Positions 1 to 10,671 of a DNA stretch of 64,000 nt are shown in pieces. The notes below the pieces were generated by a model. It did no database searches and had not been told where the DNA came from. It was given only the letters and a program-made list of their open reading frames with translations. The position numbers and the translations under genes were made by a program. Numbering within the stretch: the first letter of the stretch is position 1; each line of letters begins with the position of its first letter. The DNA lies in assembly GCA_963718615.1 (NCBI GenBank), contig OY970368.1, positions 5,152,001-5,216,000 of the forward strand, written 5' to 3'. This DNA comes from an uncultured cyanobacterium. Lineage in GTDB: Bacteria > Cyanobacteriota > Cyanobacteriia > PCC-9006 > JAAUQQ01.

Positions 1-33
1 GACTTGGTCGATTTCGAGAATGGGTTGAGCCAT
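1..33 (-). CDS. urtD: Urea ABC transporter ATP-binding subunit, first 11 codons only (runs off window)
   Basis: Minus strand reads MAQPILEIDQV from ATG at 33, directly downstream of urtC; the call rests mainly on operon order. Confidence 0.7.
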   Translation of the reverse strand, partial: MAQPILEIDQV

Positions 34-82
34 GGTCCTGGATGACTGGTCCTTGATGACTGGTCCTTGATGAATAGTCATT
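34..82. repeat. Short tandem heptamer repeats (STRR-like)
   Basis: Alternating ggtcct(g/t)/gatgact units between urtC and urtD. Confidence 0.7.
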
Positions 83-92
83 AGATTAATGA

Positions 93-1247
93 TTATTGAT
101 TAATCGTTTCCCGTTCCTGCTGAATCGCTTCATCGAGCTCCACCGCAGGGTAAGTGCGAAGCTTCGGCGGAAAGCCCAGAAAGGCTCGGGCTCGGTTGAT
201 GCCATCGTTGCGGAACCAGCCAATCACACCATCGGGTAAAACCGTTACGACAATCAAAAACAAGGCCCCTTGGAAAAAAGGCCACACATCTGGAAAGCGT
301 TCACTAAGTAACACCCTGGCCCAGTTAACAATTACTGCTCCCAGGATTGCGCCCACCAGCGTCGCGCGACCGCCGACCGCGACCCAAATGACCATTTCAA
401 TGGAAAAGGCAATGTCCATGTATTGAGGCGAGACAATGCCCGACTGGACCGTGTAGAGGGCTCCGGCAATTCCGGCGATCGCCCCCGAAACCCCAAACAC
501 CAACACCTTAAAACTCGTGGGATCATAACCGGAAAACCGCATCCGGCTTTCGTCATCGCGAATCGCAATCAGCAATCGCCCAAACCGACCGCTGGTCAGC
601 CAGCGGCAAAAGGCATAGACCAAAACCAGTAAAACAATCGTCAGGATGTACAACCGAAACTGCACCGGAGCACTTCCGACTAACCCCCCAAATAAATTTG
701 CCGAGGCCGTTTTCAAACCATTGGTGCCATTAATCAGCTTCTGCTGGCCATTGAAAAAGTTGAAAAAGACCACCAGCGCCGCCTGGGTCAAAATCGAAAA
801 ATAGACCCCCCGAATGCGGTTCCGAAACACCATATAGCCCAGGAGTCCCGCAATTATTCCCGGAATGACCACAAGGGCCAACAGCGTAAACGGCATCGAG
901 TTAAACGGTTGCCAAAACCAGGGGAGTTTTGAGACGCCATAAAGCCCAAAAAACTCAGGAATCTGGCCCTCGGGCAATTGCAAATTCAAATGCATGGCGA
1001 GGGCATAGCCCCCGAGGGTGAAGAAAATGCCGTGGCCCAAACTCAATAACCCCGTATAGCCCCAGACCAGATCGATCCCCAGGGCAACGATCGCCAAGGA
1101 CAAAAACCGGCCCAAAATTTGCAGCCGATCCGGGGCCAGCAGCAGCGGCATAATCAGGATGAAGAAGAGGGCGATCGCCCCCACTATCCCCGCTTCCTTG
1201 AGCAGTCGCTGACGCGAACTCCCCTTTTTGACAGTTACAGCTTCCAT
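93..1247 (-). CDS. urtC: Urea ABC transporter permease
   Basis: LivM-type permease motifs (DLVWGYTGLLSLGHG, GVYFSILTQA, AIRDDESR, WVAVGGR); operon context. Confidence 0.93.
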   Translation of the reverse strand: MEAVTVKKGSSRQRLLKEAGIVGAIALFFILIMPLLLAPDRLQILGRFLSLAIVALGIDLVWGYTGLLSLGHGIFFTLGGYALAMHLNLQLPEGQIPEFFGLYGVSKLPWFWQPFNSMPFTLLALVVIPGIIAGLLGYMVFRNRIRGVYFSILTQAALVVFFNFFNGQQKLINGTNGLKTASANLFGGLVGSAPVQFRLYILTIVLLVLVYAFCRWLTSGRFGRLLIAIRDDESRMRFSGYDPTSFKVLVFGVSGAIAGIAGALYTVQSGIVSPQYMDIAFSIEMVIWVAVGGRATLVGAILGAVIVNWARVLLSERFPDVWPFFQGALFLIVVTVLPDGVIGWFRNDGINRARAFLGFPPKLRTYPAVELDEAIQQERETINQ

Positions 1248-1301
1248 ATCGATTTCGATCCGCTCAACGCATTGAGAATATGCAAGGTTTTTGGGCTTTC
1301 C

Positions 1302-2552
1302 CTAGGCATCCACCGTCCGTCCCTTTTGCGGAAATAGGCCCGCAGGTTTGATTTGTAAAAAGGCAATAATCAAGGCAAATACCATCACCTTCGCCATACT
1401 CGTCGTCGCAAAGAACGTAAAGAGGTCCGTAATGGGTTGCACGGCTTCAGCCAAATTTAACTGCAACAGCAATTGAGGCAGCGTGCCAGAGCCAATCAGA
1501 TAACTCACCGTCCCAATCAATAACGCCGCCACCACGCTGCCCACGAGCTTACCGACACCGCCAACCACAACCACCATAAAGGCATCGACAATGTAGTTGC
1601 TCCCCAGGTTCGGACCCACGGACCCCAATAGCGTGACGGCGCAGCCCGCGATCCCCGCCAAGCCTGAACCAATGGCAAACGTCAGCGCATCCACTTGATG
1701 GGTGGGAATGCCCAAACAAGCACTCATCTGCCGATTTTGTGTCACCGCCCGAATTCGCAGCCCCCAGCGGGATTTTTGCAAAAACCAATACATGCCCAAA
1801 AGGCAAAGACTGGTCAGAACAATGATAAACAAACGAGCCGAGGGCACCGACAAAATCGTTTTTAGCCAAGCCCGTGAAGCGTCGTTATTCAAACTCTCTT
1901 GGAAGTCCTGAGGAAAAAGACTGAGCAAGGTTCCCCGCAACCAAGCAGGTGCCGTCACGTCAATATTGCGGGCGCTAAACCAGGGTTTGGCTAGGGCTTT
2001 TTGGGCATTGAGAAGGCTTCCGGCAGTGACGGCGATCGCCCCAGACAACATCACCAACACCAGCATCGCCCGCGATTTGATTTGATCCCAATTCGAGCGG
2101 CGTTGCAACAGCCATTTCCCCCCCCAAAAGAGGAGAACAAAGAGGGCTACGGTGAAGGCGATCGCCCAGTTCACACTGCGTACAAACTGAATCAAAATCA
2201 AACTCACCCCCCAAGTCGCCAGCAAAGTCTCCAGCGGTCGCCCATAGAGATGCCGGATCACCTGCCGTTCCAGAAACAACCCCACGGCCCCGGAGACCCC
2301 AAAGGCCAAGACCAGCGCAAAAAAGATATAGGTACCAAACAACGGCGTATCTTTGAGCGGCTGAAACAAGTTCTGCACCACATAGGTGGTGTAGGCCCCA
2401 ATCATCATCAGTTCGCCATGGGCAAGGTTGATAACCCCCATCAAACCAAAGACGATCGCCAACCCCAGCGCTGCGATCAGCAGGACCGCTCCAATACTCA
2501 AGCCGTTGAAAAGAACGTTAAAAACCGCCTCAAAGACTCCTTGAAGGACCAT
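1302..2552 (-). CDS. urtB: Urea ABC transporter permease
   Basis: LivH-type motifs (GLAIVFGLMGVINLAHGE, RPLETLLATWG, FPQKGR); start moved to the ATG at 2552 because the longer ORF overlaps urtA. Confidence 0.93.
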   Translation of the reverse strand: MVLQGVFEAVFNVLFNGLSIGAVLLIAALGLAIVFGLMGVINLAHGELMMIGAYTTYVVQNLFQPLKDTPLFGTYIFFALVLAFGVSGAVGLFLERQVIRHLYGRPLETLLATWGVSLILIQFVRSVNWAIAFTVALFVLLFWGGKWLLQRRSNWDQIKSRAMLVLVMLSGAIAVTAGSLLNAQKALAKPWFSARNIDVTAPAWLRGTLLSLFPQDFQESLNNDASRAWLKTILSVPSARLFIIVLTSLCLLGMYWFLQKSRWGLRIRAVTQNRQMSACLGIPTHQVDALTFAIGSGLAGIAGCAVTLLGSVGPNLGSNYIVDAFMVVVVGGVGKLVGSVVAALLIGTVSYLIGSGTLPQLLLQLNLAEAVQPITDLFTFFATTSMAKVMVFALIIAFLQIKPAGLFPQKGRTVDA

Positions 2553-2580
2553 CTTTTTCCTGCCACAAAATAAACAAAGA

Positions 2581-2600
2581 AGGGGGCAAATTTGCCCCCT
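2581..2600 (-). terminator. Hairpin between urtA and urtB (terminator or mRNA stabiliser)
   Basis: Perfect palindrome AGGGGGCAAATTTGCCCCCT followed by a T-rich tract on the minus strand. Confidence 0.6.
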
Positions 2601-2638
2601 GTATCCATCCGCGATCGGCCTCACACCAACCGATGACC

Positions 2639-2718
2639 GTAGGGGCGCGCATTCCGCGCCCAATTGTGCAACAGCGCATCCCGCGCCTGATTTTGCAAAA
2701 GCGCGTAATCTCCCTACA
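2639..2718. repeat. REP-like palindromic element
   Basis: GTAG-GGGCGCG-CATTC-CGCGCCC ... CCCTAC ends. Confidence 0.45.
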
Positions 2719-4009
2719 CCTTGTATTTTTCGCCCTTCGCGGGATCCGACCAATCGCAAGCAAAGCCCTTGGTCTCAGGGACATACTGGTTCCAGGGCAC
2801 CGGATCCACAGGTCCCGGCGTTTCAAAGACGATGTCAAACATGCCATCATCCCGAATTTCGCCGATCCGCACAGTCTTCGAAATATGGTGGTTGGCATTC
2901 ATCGTGACCAACCCTTCCGGTGCATCAAAGGTTTGGCCATAGGCCGCCTCCCGCACCGCTGGAATATCGGTCGAGCCCGCCTTCTCCACAGCTTGCTTCC
3001 AAAGATAGACCATGATATAGGCCGCTTCCATGGGGTCGTTGGTGACGCGATCGTCCCCATATTCCGCCTTAAAGGCCGAAACCCACTTCTCATTGACGGG
3101 GCTCTTGACTGTCTGGAAGTAGTTCCAGGAAGCATAGTGACCCTTGAGAAACTCAGGCCCAATCTGACGCACTTCTTCTTCCGCGATACTGACCGACATC
3201 ACTGGATACTGGTCAGGACCCAGGCCCGCCGCCTGCATCTGCTTAAAGAAGGCGACGTTACTGTCACCATTAAGGCTGTTGAAAATTACCCCCCCATCGG
3301 GCAGTGCAGCCTTAATTTTGGTGATAATCGGCGTGACTTCGGTATTGCCCAGGGGCAGATAATCTTCGCCCACGGTCTCGCCACCCTTGGCGCTGAGCTG
3401 CTCCTTGATGATGGTATTAGCCGTCCGAGGGAAGACATAGTCTGATCCCACCAGGAAGAACTGCTTGCCTTTATTTTCCAGCAGCCAATCCACCGCCGGT
3501 TCAATCTGCTGGTTCGGCGCAGCACCGGTATAAAAAATATTCTTAGAGCACTCTTGACCTTCGTACTGAACCGGATACCACAGCATGTGGTCCTTGGTTT
3601 CAAACGTGTCTTTGACGGCCTTGCGGCTCGCGGAGGTCCAGCAGCCAAATACGACAGAAACCTTATCTTGGTCGATTAACTTGATCGCCTTTTCGTTAAA
3701 CGTCGGCCAGTCGGAGGCACCGTCCTCCTTGACAAACTCAATTTGCTTACCCAGGACCCCCCCGGCTGCGTTGATCTCCTTAATGGCCAGCAACTCCGCA
3801 TCCACCACGGTGTTTTCGCTAATGGCCATGGTGCCGGTCAAGGAGTGCAAAATACCAACCTTGATCGTGTCTCCGCCCCCGCCACTGCTCGCACTACTGC
3901 CTGAATCTCCACCTCCTGCATCTGGGGCAGCACAGGACTTGAGCAAAATGCTGCCTGCGGTTGCCGAACTTAAAACTAAAAACTGACGCCGATTAAACTG
4001 GCTTGCCAT
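2714..4009 (-). CDS. urtA: Urea ABC transporter substrate-binding lipoprotein
   Basis: [33 protein letters not shown] motifs; twin-Arg-like NRRQFL and LKSC lipobox-like signal; ATG at 4009. Confidence 0.95.
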   Translation of the reverse strand: MASQFNRRQFLVLSSATAGSILLKSCAAPDAGGGDSGSSASSGGGGDTIKVGILHSLTGTMAISENTVVDAELLAIKEINAAGGVLGKQIEFVKEDGASDWPTFNEKAIKLIDQDKVSVVFGCWTSASRKAVKDTFETKDHMLWYPVQYEGQECSKNIFYTGAAPNQQIEPAVDWLLENKGKQFFLVGSDYVFPRTANTIIKEQLSAKGGETVGEDYLPLGNTEVTPIITKIKAALPDGGVIFNSLNGDSNVAFFKQMQAAGLGPDQYPVMSVSIAEEEVRQIGPEFLKGHYASWNYFQTVKSPVNEKWVSAFKAEYGDDRVTNDPMEAAYIMVYLWKQAVEKAGSTDIPAVREAAYGQTFDAPEGLVTMNANHHISKTVRIGEIRDDGMFDIVFETPGPVDPVPWNQYVPETKGFACDWSDPAKGEKYKV

Positions 4010-4091
4010 TTGAAGACTTGCTCCCCACAAAAGAGACCACACGACAAGTGATACCCCAACAAAATCCTAGGATTTTGCAGGTGTTGACAGC

Positions 4092-4175
4092 ATAGTAGAG
4101 AGCGGCTAGCAGCAAAAATGTATTTTCAACTACAAAACACAATCTCTAGTGAATTTGTTTTGTAGACTTTTGTAC
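4092..4175 (-). promoter_or_regulatory. NtcA-activated class II promoter of urtA with a second upstream NtcA box
   Basis: GTA-N8-TAC at 4120-4133, 22 nt from a TACTAT -10 (4097-4092); second GTA-N8-TAC at 4162-4175. Confidence 0.85.
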
Positions 4176-4206
4176 TTTCTCATACGCAATCGACCGATCC
4201 CCAGGA

Positions 4207-4812
4207 TTAATCCCTCTGGATTGGCATTTGGCAACGGACGAATGCTAGGACTAAATCAAGACCCTCTCCAGATTTGAGATTGGTAAAGACAAAGGGTTTT
4301 TCGGGCCGCATCCGGGCGGTATCCTGTTGCATTACCGCTAAATCTGCTCCCACATGGGGGGCAAGGTCTGTCTTATTAATTACCAGTAGATCAGACTTTG
4401 TAATACCAGGTCCCCCTTTACGGGGAATCTTGTCACCCCCAGCCACATCAATTACATAAATCGTTACATCAACCAATTCAGGGCTGAAGGTCGCGGCTAA
4501 ATTATCTCCACCACTCTCAACCAACACTAAATCTAAGACAAACTGATGTTCTAGGTCTTCGATCGCACTCAAATTAATCGAAGCATCTTCGCGAATGGCG
4601 GTGTGGGGGCAACCGCCGGTTTCTACGCCTCGGATGCGATCGCTCGCCAAAGCCTGACTCCGAACCAAAAACTGCGCATCCTCTTGGGTATAAATATCAT
4701 TGGTCACCACTGCCAGTTGATAGTGATCCCGCAGGGCTTTGCACAGGGCATCGACGAGTGCTGTTTTACCGGAGCCTACGGGACCTGCAATCCCAATACG
4801 AAGGGGAGACAT
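4207..4812 (-). CDS. ureG: Urease accessory GTPase
   Basis: [37 protein letters not shown]. Confidence 0.97.
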   Translation of the reverse strand: MSPLRIGIAGPVGSGKTALVDALCKALRDHYQLAVVTNDIYTQEDAQFLVRSQALASDRIRGVETGGCPHTAIREDASINLSAIEDLEHQFVLDLVLVESGGDNLAATFSPELVDVTIYVIDVAGGDKIPRKGGPGITKSDLLVINKTDLAPHVGADLAVMQQDTARMRPEKPFVFTNLKSGEGLDLVLAFVRCQMPIQRD

Positions 4813-4864
4813 GAAGGTGATTTCGAAAGAGCATCAAAGCATGGGTTGATTTTACCGCGCCATC

Positions 4865-6022
4865 CTACAGTCCCAAATATTGCTTGACCCCTTCGGCAAT
4901 GCCCTTCGCCATTTGGGTGCGAAACTGGCTGCTACGGAGATTTGCCGAATCCTGAGCCCCGGTGACAAACCCCGTCTCGACCAATACCGAAGGCATGGAG
5001 GTTTGAGTCAGGACATAGAACCGAGCGGTGCGGACGCCGCGATCGCGAATATTGGTGGTTTGCAAAATCTTCTGATGAATGGTCCTCGCCAAATCACCTC
5101 CAGACGAATAATAGTAAGTCTCCAGCCCATTTACATCCGGACGAGACAAACTAATGGCATTAGCATGAATACTCACAAATATCGTCGCATTTGCCCGCTC
5201 AGCCATGGCAACACGGGGAGCCAAATCTAAATCATATTCCCCGGATCGAGTCATCAGGGTTTTAATGCCAGCCGCTTCTAGTTGTGACGACACCTGACGA
5301 GCAATATCCAAAACCACATCGGTTTCTCGCAAACCCTGCTGGCCAACGGCCCCCGGATCAGGCCCCCCATGCCCCGGATCAATCACCACCAAATAGCGAC
5401 CATTGGGCACCGACGGATTACTGGGCGTGGGAGTCTCCAAGACCGGCGGCGGACCGGGCGGCAGCGTCACCTTAATCGGCTGGGAGGCAACGGGTGCCGG
5501 TGGTGTCAAAACCGGTGGCCTTGAAACCGGCGGGGTGGAAACTGGCGGGGTGGAAACTGGCGGAGTCGTAACCGGCGGAGTAGGCGGGACATAGGGCGGC
5601 GTGGTGGTGGGCAGTTCATTCTCTATGCTGACCCGCTGGGGTTCCGGCATTTCCAGCACCCAGTTATTGGCAGTCCGTTCCCGCACTCGGACCTGCTGGG
5701 GGTCAAGGGTCCAGCCTGATGCAAGTTCAACTACGATCCGGGTAGTTTGGCGATTGAACTGGGCAATGCGAACCTCTCGAATGGCTCCTTGCCCTGGCTG
5801 CATGATCTTGGAACGCCCGAGTTTTACCCCTGGCAAATCCACGACCACCCGCATTGGGTTCATAATCATCTGGGCTTGGGGTTTAACCCGTCCGTTGGTG
5901 CTAAATTCCAACTGATTGCTGGGGGCGTTCAGTTGCCAACGGGACAATTGGGCAGCTTCTGCCGGAAGACAGAGCAAAGCAGAACTCACCGCTGCAAGAA
6001 TCCAGGGAAGACGGCTACGCAT
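4865..6022 (-). CDS. N-acetylmuramoyl-L-alanine amidase (AMIN + Pro-rich linker + Amidase_3), AmiC-type
   Basis: Signal peptide, RVVVDLPG/VRIAQF AMIN motifs, IDPGHGG, FVSIHAN, SVLVETGF; start placed at MRSRLPW. Confidence 0.9.
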   Translation of the reverse strand: MRSRLPWILAAVSSALLCLPAEAAQLSRWQLNAPSNQLEFSTNGRVKPQAQMIMNPMRVVVDLPGVKLGRSKIMQPGQGAIREVRIAQFNRQTTRIVVELASGWTLDPQQVRVRERTANNWVLEMPEPQRVSIENELPTTTPPYVPPTPPVTTPPVSTPPVSTPPVSRPPVLTPPAPVASQPIKVTLPPGPPPVLETPTPSNPSVPNGRYLVVIDPGHGGPDPGAVGQQGLRETDVVLDIARQVSSQLEAAGIKTLMTRSGEYDLDLAPRVAMAERANATIFVSIHANAISLSRPDVNGLETYYYSSGGDLARTIHQKILQTTNIRDRGVRTARFYVLTQTSMPSVLVETGFVTGAQDSANLRSSQFRTQMAKGIAEGVKQYLGL

Positions 6023-6210
6023 AACTGTAATGTAGTGTTGAGGAGCGTGAAGATGTTCCCGGTCCCTGACGTCATAGAGGAGCAGAAGGTGTCGGGGAAG
6101 ACGAATATTTTTTTGAACTTCTCTATCTAGGGTCTGAGGAAAGGTCAAATCAATCTGACTAGTGTAAGGAAGGCATTTTCCTTTCGCTACGCTTGCATGC
6201 AGGTTGACCC

Positions 6211-7689
6211 ATGACTCCTGACAAAAATATCCTCACCAACGCCGCTGGCATTCCCGTCCCCAGCAACGACGTCTCTAAAGGCATTGGCAAGCGAGGGCCG
6301 CTGCTGCTGGAGGATTACACACTGCTAGAAAAAATGGCCCACTTCAACCGGGAGCGGATTCCCGAGCGGGTGGTTCACGCCATTGGTGCGGGAGCCTACG
6401 GAACATTGACGGTGACCGAGGATATTACCCACCTAACCAAGGCCAAGCTGTTTTCCGAGGTGGGCAAAGAGACCGAAATGTTTGTCCGCTTCTCGACCGT
6501 GGCCAAATCCAAAGGTGGCTCCGATATCTATCGGGATTTGCGAGGCTTTGCCATGAAGTTCTATACCGAGGAGGGCAACTGGGATCTGGCGGGGAATAAT
6601 ACGCCGATCTTTTTTGTGCGTGACCCGATGAAGTTTATGGATTTTATTCGGTCTCAGAAAGAGCATCCCGAGCAGCACTGGCGACAGGATGAAATGTGGT
6701 GGGATTTTTGGTCTTTGGTGCCGGAAAGTATTCACCAGGTGTTGTGGCTGATGGGCGATCGCGGTGCTCCCATGGGCTGGCGGCATCTCAATGGCTATGG
6801 TAGCCACACCTTTAGCTTCATTAACGATCGCGACGAACGCACCTGGGTCAAATTCCATTTCAAGACGGACCAAGGCATCAAAAACTTTACCGAAGAGCAG
6901 TGGCAACAGATGCAGGGCATCGAACCCCGCTGGGCCACGAAGGATCTGTACCAGGCGATCGACCAAGGCAACTATCCCTCTTGGACGATGTACATCCAGA
7001 CGATGACCGATGAGCAGGCTGCCACATTCCCGTGGAATCCGTTTGACCTCACGAAGATTTGGCCCCATGCGGATTATCCGCTCCAGCGGGTCGGTCGGTT
7101 TGAGCTCAATCGCAATCCCGACAATTATTTTGAAGAAGTCGAGCAAGCAGCGTTTTCGCCGGGTAATGTCGTACCGGGAATCTCCTGGTCCCCAGACCGG
7201 ATGCTCCAGGCCCGGATCATGTCCTACGCCGATGCCCACCGCTATCGCCTCGGCGTCAACTACGACACCTTGGCGGTGAATCGCCCCCACGCCACGGAAG
7301 CCAACACGCCCTACCGGGATGGCTCAATGCGTGCCGATGGTAACAATGGTTCGCGCATCAACTACAGCCCGACGCACCGCGATTATCCTAGCGTCGACGC
7401 CAAAGCCAAGGAGCCGAGCCATCACGTTGAGGGCATGGCAGGCCGCATTGAGCTGGATGAGCCCGACCACTTTGACCAAGCTCGCATGTTTTACCAAATG
7501 CTGGACGACGACGCCAAGGACCGGCTTGCCCACAATATTGCGGGTAGTTTGGGCAAATGCGCACCGCCCATTCAGGATGCACAAATGAACCTGTTCCGCC
7601 AGGTAGACAAGCAGTTGGCTCAGCAAGTCAAAGCCAAAATGCAAAGCGAAGAACCGCCTAAACCAGAGCCGATGCCTGCGAGTGTGTAG
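6211..7689 (+). CDS. Monofunctional heme catalase (small subunit)
   Basis: FNRERIPERVVHA, VRFSTV, GNNTPIFF and RIMSYADAHRYRLG heme-ligand motifs. Confidence 0.95.
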   Translation: MTPDKNILTNAAGIPVPSNDVSKGIGKRGPLLLEDYTLLEKMAHFNRERIPERVVHAIGAGAYGTLTVTEDITHLTKAKLFSEVGKETEMFVRFSTVAKSKGGSDIYRDLRGFAMKFYTEEGNWDLAGNNTPIFFVRDPMKFMDFIRSQKEHPEQHWRQDEMWWDFWSLVPESIHQVLWLMGDRGAPMGWRHLNGYGSHTFSFINDRDERTWVKFHFKTDQGIKNFTEEQWQQMQGIEPRWATKDLYQAIDQGNYPSWTMYIQTMTDEQAATFPWNPFDLTKIWPHADYPLQRVGRFELNRNPDNYFEEVEQAAFSPGNVVPGISWSPDRMLQARIMSYADAHRYRLGVNYDTLAVNRPHATEANTPYRDGSMRADGNNGSRINYSPTHRDYPSVDAKAKEPSHHVEGMAGRIELDEPDHFDQARMFYQMLDDDAKDRLAHNIAGSLGKCAPPIQDAQMNLFRQVDKQLAQQVKAKMQSEEPPKPEPMPASV

Positions 7690-7725
7690 CGATTAGAAGA
7701 GATAAGAGCATTCTTAAAGCCCAGA

Positions 7726-7760
7726 CAAAAAGCCCAGACCATTGAGTCTCTGGGCTTTTT
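7726..7760 (+). terminator. Rho-independent terminator after catalase
   Basis: AAAAAGCCCAGA...TCTGGGCTTTTT inverted repeat. Confidence 0.7.
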
Positions 7761-7816
7761 GGTCGGCATCGATTGTCCCTGATAGAATAAGAGTACTTTC
7801 GTAAGCGGCGAGCACA

Positions 7817-8203
7817 ATGGTTGTCAACTCAACAGCAACGCCTACCTCTAGGATGACGAAGTTATGCTATCCCATACTATTAGAACCGGTGTCAGGGGGA
7901 TGGATTGTATCCATTCCGGGATGGGTGGAAGCTAGAGCCGTTGGAACAAGCAGGGAAGGGGCAGTAGACTCCCTTCGGCAATGGGTGAGTCAACGGCTTC
8001 AGGAATCCATCACTCCAACCGGAGAATTCTCTCAGCTTGAGCTTGATTTTCCCTGTGACTTAACCAATCCTATCCTACATTTCGCGGGTATGTTTGCAGA
8101 CGATCCAGCATTTGATTCTATGATGGAGCATCTAGAAGCATTCCGCCAAGAGGATCGCGAGGCGTATTTTCGCCAACTCGACGCTGAAGAAGTAAAAGAA
8201 TAG
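7817..8203 (+). CDS. HicB-like antitoxin
   Basis: YPILLEP..GGWIVSIPG..GTSREGA HicB-like fold plus acidic NPILHFAGMFADDP tail; lies upstream of a PIN gene; start may be 7853. Confidence 0.7.
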   Translation: MVVNSTATPTSRMTKLCYPILLEPVSGGWIVSIPGWVEARAVGTSREGAVDSLRQWVSQRLQESITPTGEFSQLELDFPCDLTNPILHFAGMFADDPAFDSMMEHLEAFRQEDREAYFRQLDAEEVKE

Positions 8204-8220
8204 AAACCCCAAAGAACGCG

Positions 8221-8640
8221 ATGCTGAGAGTCTTAGATACAGACCATATCTCACTTTTTCAGCGCAATCATACTCAGGTTGTAAGACGAGTAAGAGAAAC
8301 GGCAAGCAGTGACCTTGCTATCACTATTATTTCGGTTGAAGAGCAGATGCGGGGCTGGCTAGCGGCGATTCGTCAAGCTTCAAATTCAACACAGTTAATC
8401 GAGAATTATCAGCGACTCGCTAGTACGGTAAGATATTTTAATACTATCGCTGTGCTTCCATTTAATCAGAAGGCAAATCATTGCTATGAAAACTTTTTAA
8501 GTCAAAGAATTCGCGTTGGACGTCAAGATCTAAAGATTGCGGCGATCGCGATCGCCCATGATGCAGTTTTAGTGACTCGAAATCGGCGAGACTTTTCGCA
8601 AGTACCAGGATTACAATGGGAGAGCTGGGCAACCGAATAG
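8221..8640 (+). CDS. VapC family PIN-domain toxin
   Basis: [31 protein letters not shown]. Confidence 0.9.
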   Translation: MLRVLDTDHISLFQRNHTQVVRRVRETASSDLAITIISVEEQMRGWLAAIRQASNSTQLIENYQRLASTVRYFNTIAVLPFNQKANHCYENFLSQRIRVGRQDLKIAAIAIAHDAVLVTRNRRDFSQVPGLQWESWATE

Positions 8641-8668
8641 ACATTCTAGACATGGATTGAGGAGGGCA

Positions 8669-9640
8669 ATGAAGTCAAGGTCCTTATTGGGCGATCGCCT
8701 CAAACAAAAAGCCCTCGACCTCGGCTTCCACCAAGTCGGCATCGCCCGCGTTGCCGATTGGGACCATGAACAGCAACCCAACCAAGCCCTTCAACGCTGG
8801 CTCGACCAAGGCTACCAAGCCGACATGGCCTGGATGGCCAACCCCAAACGCCAAGACATTCACCAAGTCCTTCCCGGCGTACGCTCCGTCATCGCCCTCG
8901 CCCTCAACTACTACACCCCCCATTCTCACAGCGACGATCCCAACCACGGCAAAATTTCCCGCTACGGCTGGGGCCGAGACTACCACCGAGTCCTCGGCAA
9001 AAAGCTCAAGGCCCTCAGCCTCTGGATCGAAGACCAGCCCTCAACCGACGGAGCCGCGATCGCCACCCGCTGGTACGTCGACACCGGCCCCCTCTCCGAC
9101 AAACTCTGGGCTCAACGGGCCGGACTGGGCTGGATCGCCAAAAATAGCAACCTCATCTCCCGCCAATACGGCTCCTGGATGTTCCTCAGCGAAATCCTTA
9201 CCACGCTGGATCTAGAACCCGATCGCCCCCATACGGCCCACTGCGGCACCTGCACCCGCTGTCTTGACGCTTGCCCGACCCAGGCGATCGCCCAGCCCTT
9301 CGTCGTCGATGCCAACCGCTGTATCGCCTATCACACAATCGAAAACCGCGCGGCGGAACTCCCGGATGGGATCGCCGTCAACTTGAAAGGATGGGTTGCA
9401 GGGTGCGACATCTGCCAAGACGTTTGCCCCTGGAACGAGCGATTTGCCCAGCCCACCGATGTTTCAGACTTCGAACCCTACCCTGGGAATCTGGCCCCCG
9501 ACCTCCAGGAGTTGGCGGAGCTGAGCGAAGCTGACTGGCAAGAACGCTTTCCTGCCTCCGCCCTCCGCCGTATCAAACCCACCCAGTGGCAGCGCAACGC
9601 CCGCGCCAATCTCCGGGCATCTTCCTCCGATTCCCCTTGA
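8669..9640 (+). CDS. queG: tRNA epoxyqueuosine(34) reductase
   Basis: [28 protein letters not shown] and [12 protein letters not shown] Fe-S motifs. Confidence 0.95.
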   Translation: MKSRSLLGDRLKQKALDLGFHQVGIARVADWDHEQQPNQALQRWLDQGYQADMAWMANPKRQDIHQVLPGVRSVIALALNYYTPHSHSDDPNHGKISRYGWGRDYHRVLGKKLKALSLWIEDQPSTDGAAIATRWYVDTGPLSDKLWAQRAGLGWIAKNSNLISRQYGSWMFLSEILTTLDLEPDRPHTAHCGTCTRCLDACPTQAIAQPFVVDANRCIAYHTIENRAAELPDGIAVNLKGWVAGCDICQDVCPWNERFAQPTDVSDFEPYPGNLAPDLQELAELSEADWQERFPASALRRIKPTQWQRNARANLRASSSDSP

Positions 9641-9661
9641 TTTCAGTTTGAGTGAGAGATA

Positions 9662-10588
9662 ATGATGGAGATGGTGCATTTTAGAAACAAGCGACCCCAA
9701 TCCCAGACCGTTCCTAGGCAGTTACTTTGGATCTCATCCGTGAAACTATCCCGTCTTTTCTCCCTCAGCCTCGTTTTCAGCCTGACCCACAGCCTCGCCG
9801 CTGTTGCTCAGGTGCCCCACACCGCCACCATTGACTTCAAGGAGCTGCGGGAGAGCGGGTTAGCGCTGGCCCAGGAAGCAGCCCAACGGACCCAGTTTCA
9901 GCAGTACGATATTGCCCTTCAGCAAGCGGAGCTCGCAACCCAGCTCGTGCCCGATGACTACCGGGTCTGGGCTGTCACTGCCGACATTTATCTCCGCACC
10001 GACGAGACCGATAAGGGCATCGAAGCCCTTGATAGGGCTCGCAAACTGGAACCCCAGGATCCGGCGATTAATCTGGCCCTCGGTACGGCTTACTTCCGCA
10101 AACAGGAGTATAAAACCGCCACGGACTACTACGAAAAAGGCGTTCAGCTCAAGCCGGATTCCCCCGGTGCACTGTTTGATTTGGGCAATGCCTATTATCT
10201 GACCCAACGTTATACAGAAGCGGTGAGCACCTACCAAAAGGCCGTTGATCTCAGCGACGATTTTTGGGAAGCAATTAACAATATTGGGCTCGTGCGTTAC
10301 GAACAGGGGCAAAAAGATGGGGCGATCGCCGAATGGGAGCGAGCCCTGGCCATCAATCCCAAAGCCGCTGAACCCCAGCTTGCCTTGGCGGTGGCGCTGT
10401 TTGGCAAGGGCGATCGCAGCAAAAGCCTAAAGCTGGCGGAAACCGCGCTCAAAACGGATCAGCAGTATGGCAGCATGGACTTTTTGAAGGAACAGTTGTG
10501 GGGCGATCGCCTCCTGCAAGATACAAAACTCTTCCTCTCCACCCCTCAAATGAAGAGCGTCCTCGCCCGCGTCCAAGAGGCACAATAG
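9662..10588 (+). CDS. Tetratricopeptide repeat protein with signal peptide
   Basis: Several TPR units (LALGTAYF, FDLGNAYY, NNIGLVRY); true start is probably downstream, near 9740. Confidence 0.85.
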   Translation: MMEMVHFRNKRPQSQTVPRQLLWISSVKLSRLFSLSLVFSLTHSLAAVAQVPHTATIDFKELRESGLALAQEAAQRTQFQQYDIALQQAELATQLVPDDYRVWAVTADIYLRTDETDKGIEALDRARKLEPQDPAINLALGTAYFRKQEYKTATDYYEKGVQLKPDSPGALFDLGNAYYLTQRYTEAVSTYQKAVDLSDDFWEAINNIGLVRYEQGQKDGAIAEWERALAINPKAAEPQLALAVALFGKGDRSKSLKLAETALKTDQQYGSMDFLKEQLWGDRLLQDTKLFLSTPQMKSVLARVQEAQ

Positions 10589-10616
10589 CGCCAACATAAT
10601 CCCTCCATTTTGGCTG

Positions 10617-10647
10617 GTAGGGTCGAACTGCGGTTCGACCCTTTTTT
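10617..10647 (+). terminator. Terminator hairpin (GTAG REP-like)
   Basis: AGGGTCGAAC-TGCG-GTTCGACCCT followed by a T run, between convergent genes. Confidence 0.7.
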
Positions 10648-10671
10648 GTGGATCCTGACAACATCCCCCGG

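Noticed and set aside
2553-2759. N-terminal extension of urtB (likewise for urtA, the amidase and GDT1)
   Set aside because: The extensions overlap upstream genes or regulatory RNA and lack family similarity
6433-7290. 285-aa ORF antisense to catalase, and similar shadow ORFs in GC-rich genes
   Set aside because: Explained by codon bias of the sense-strand gene
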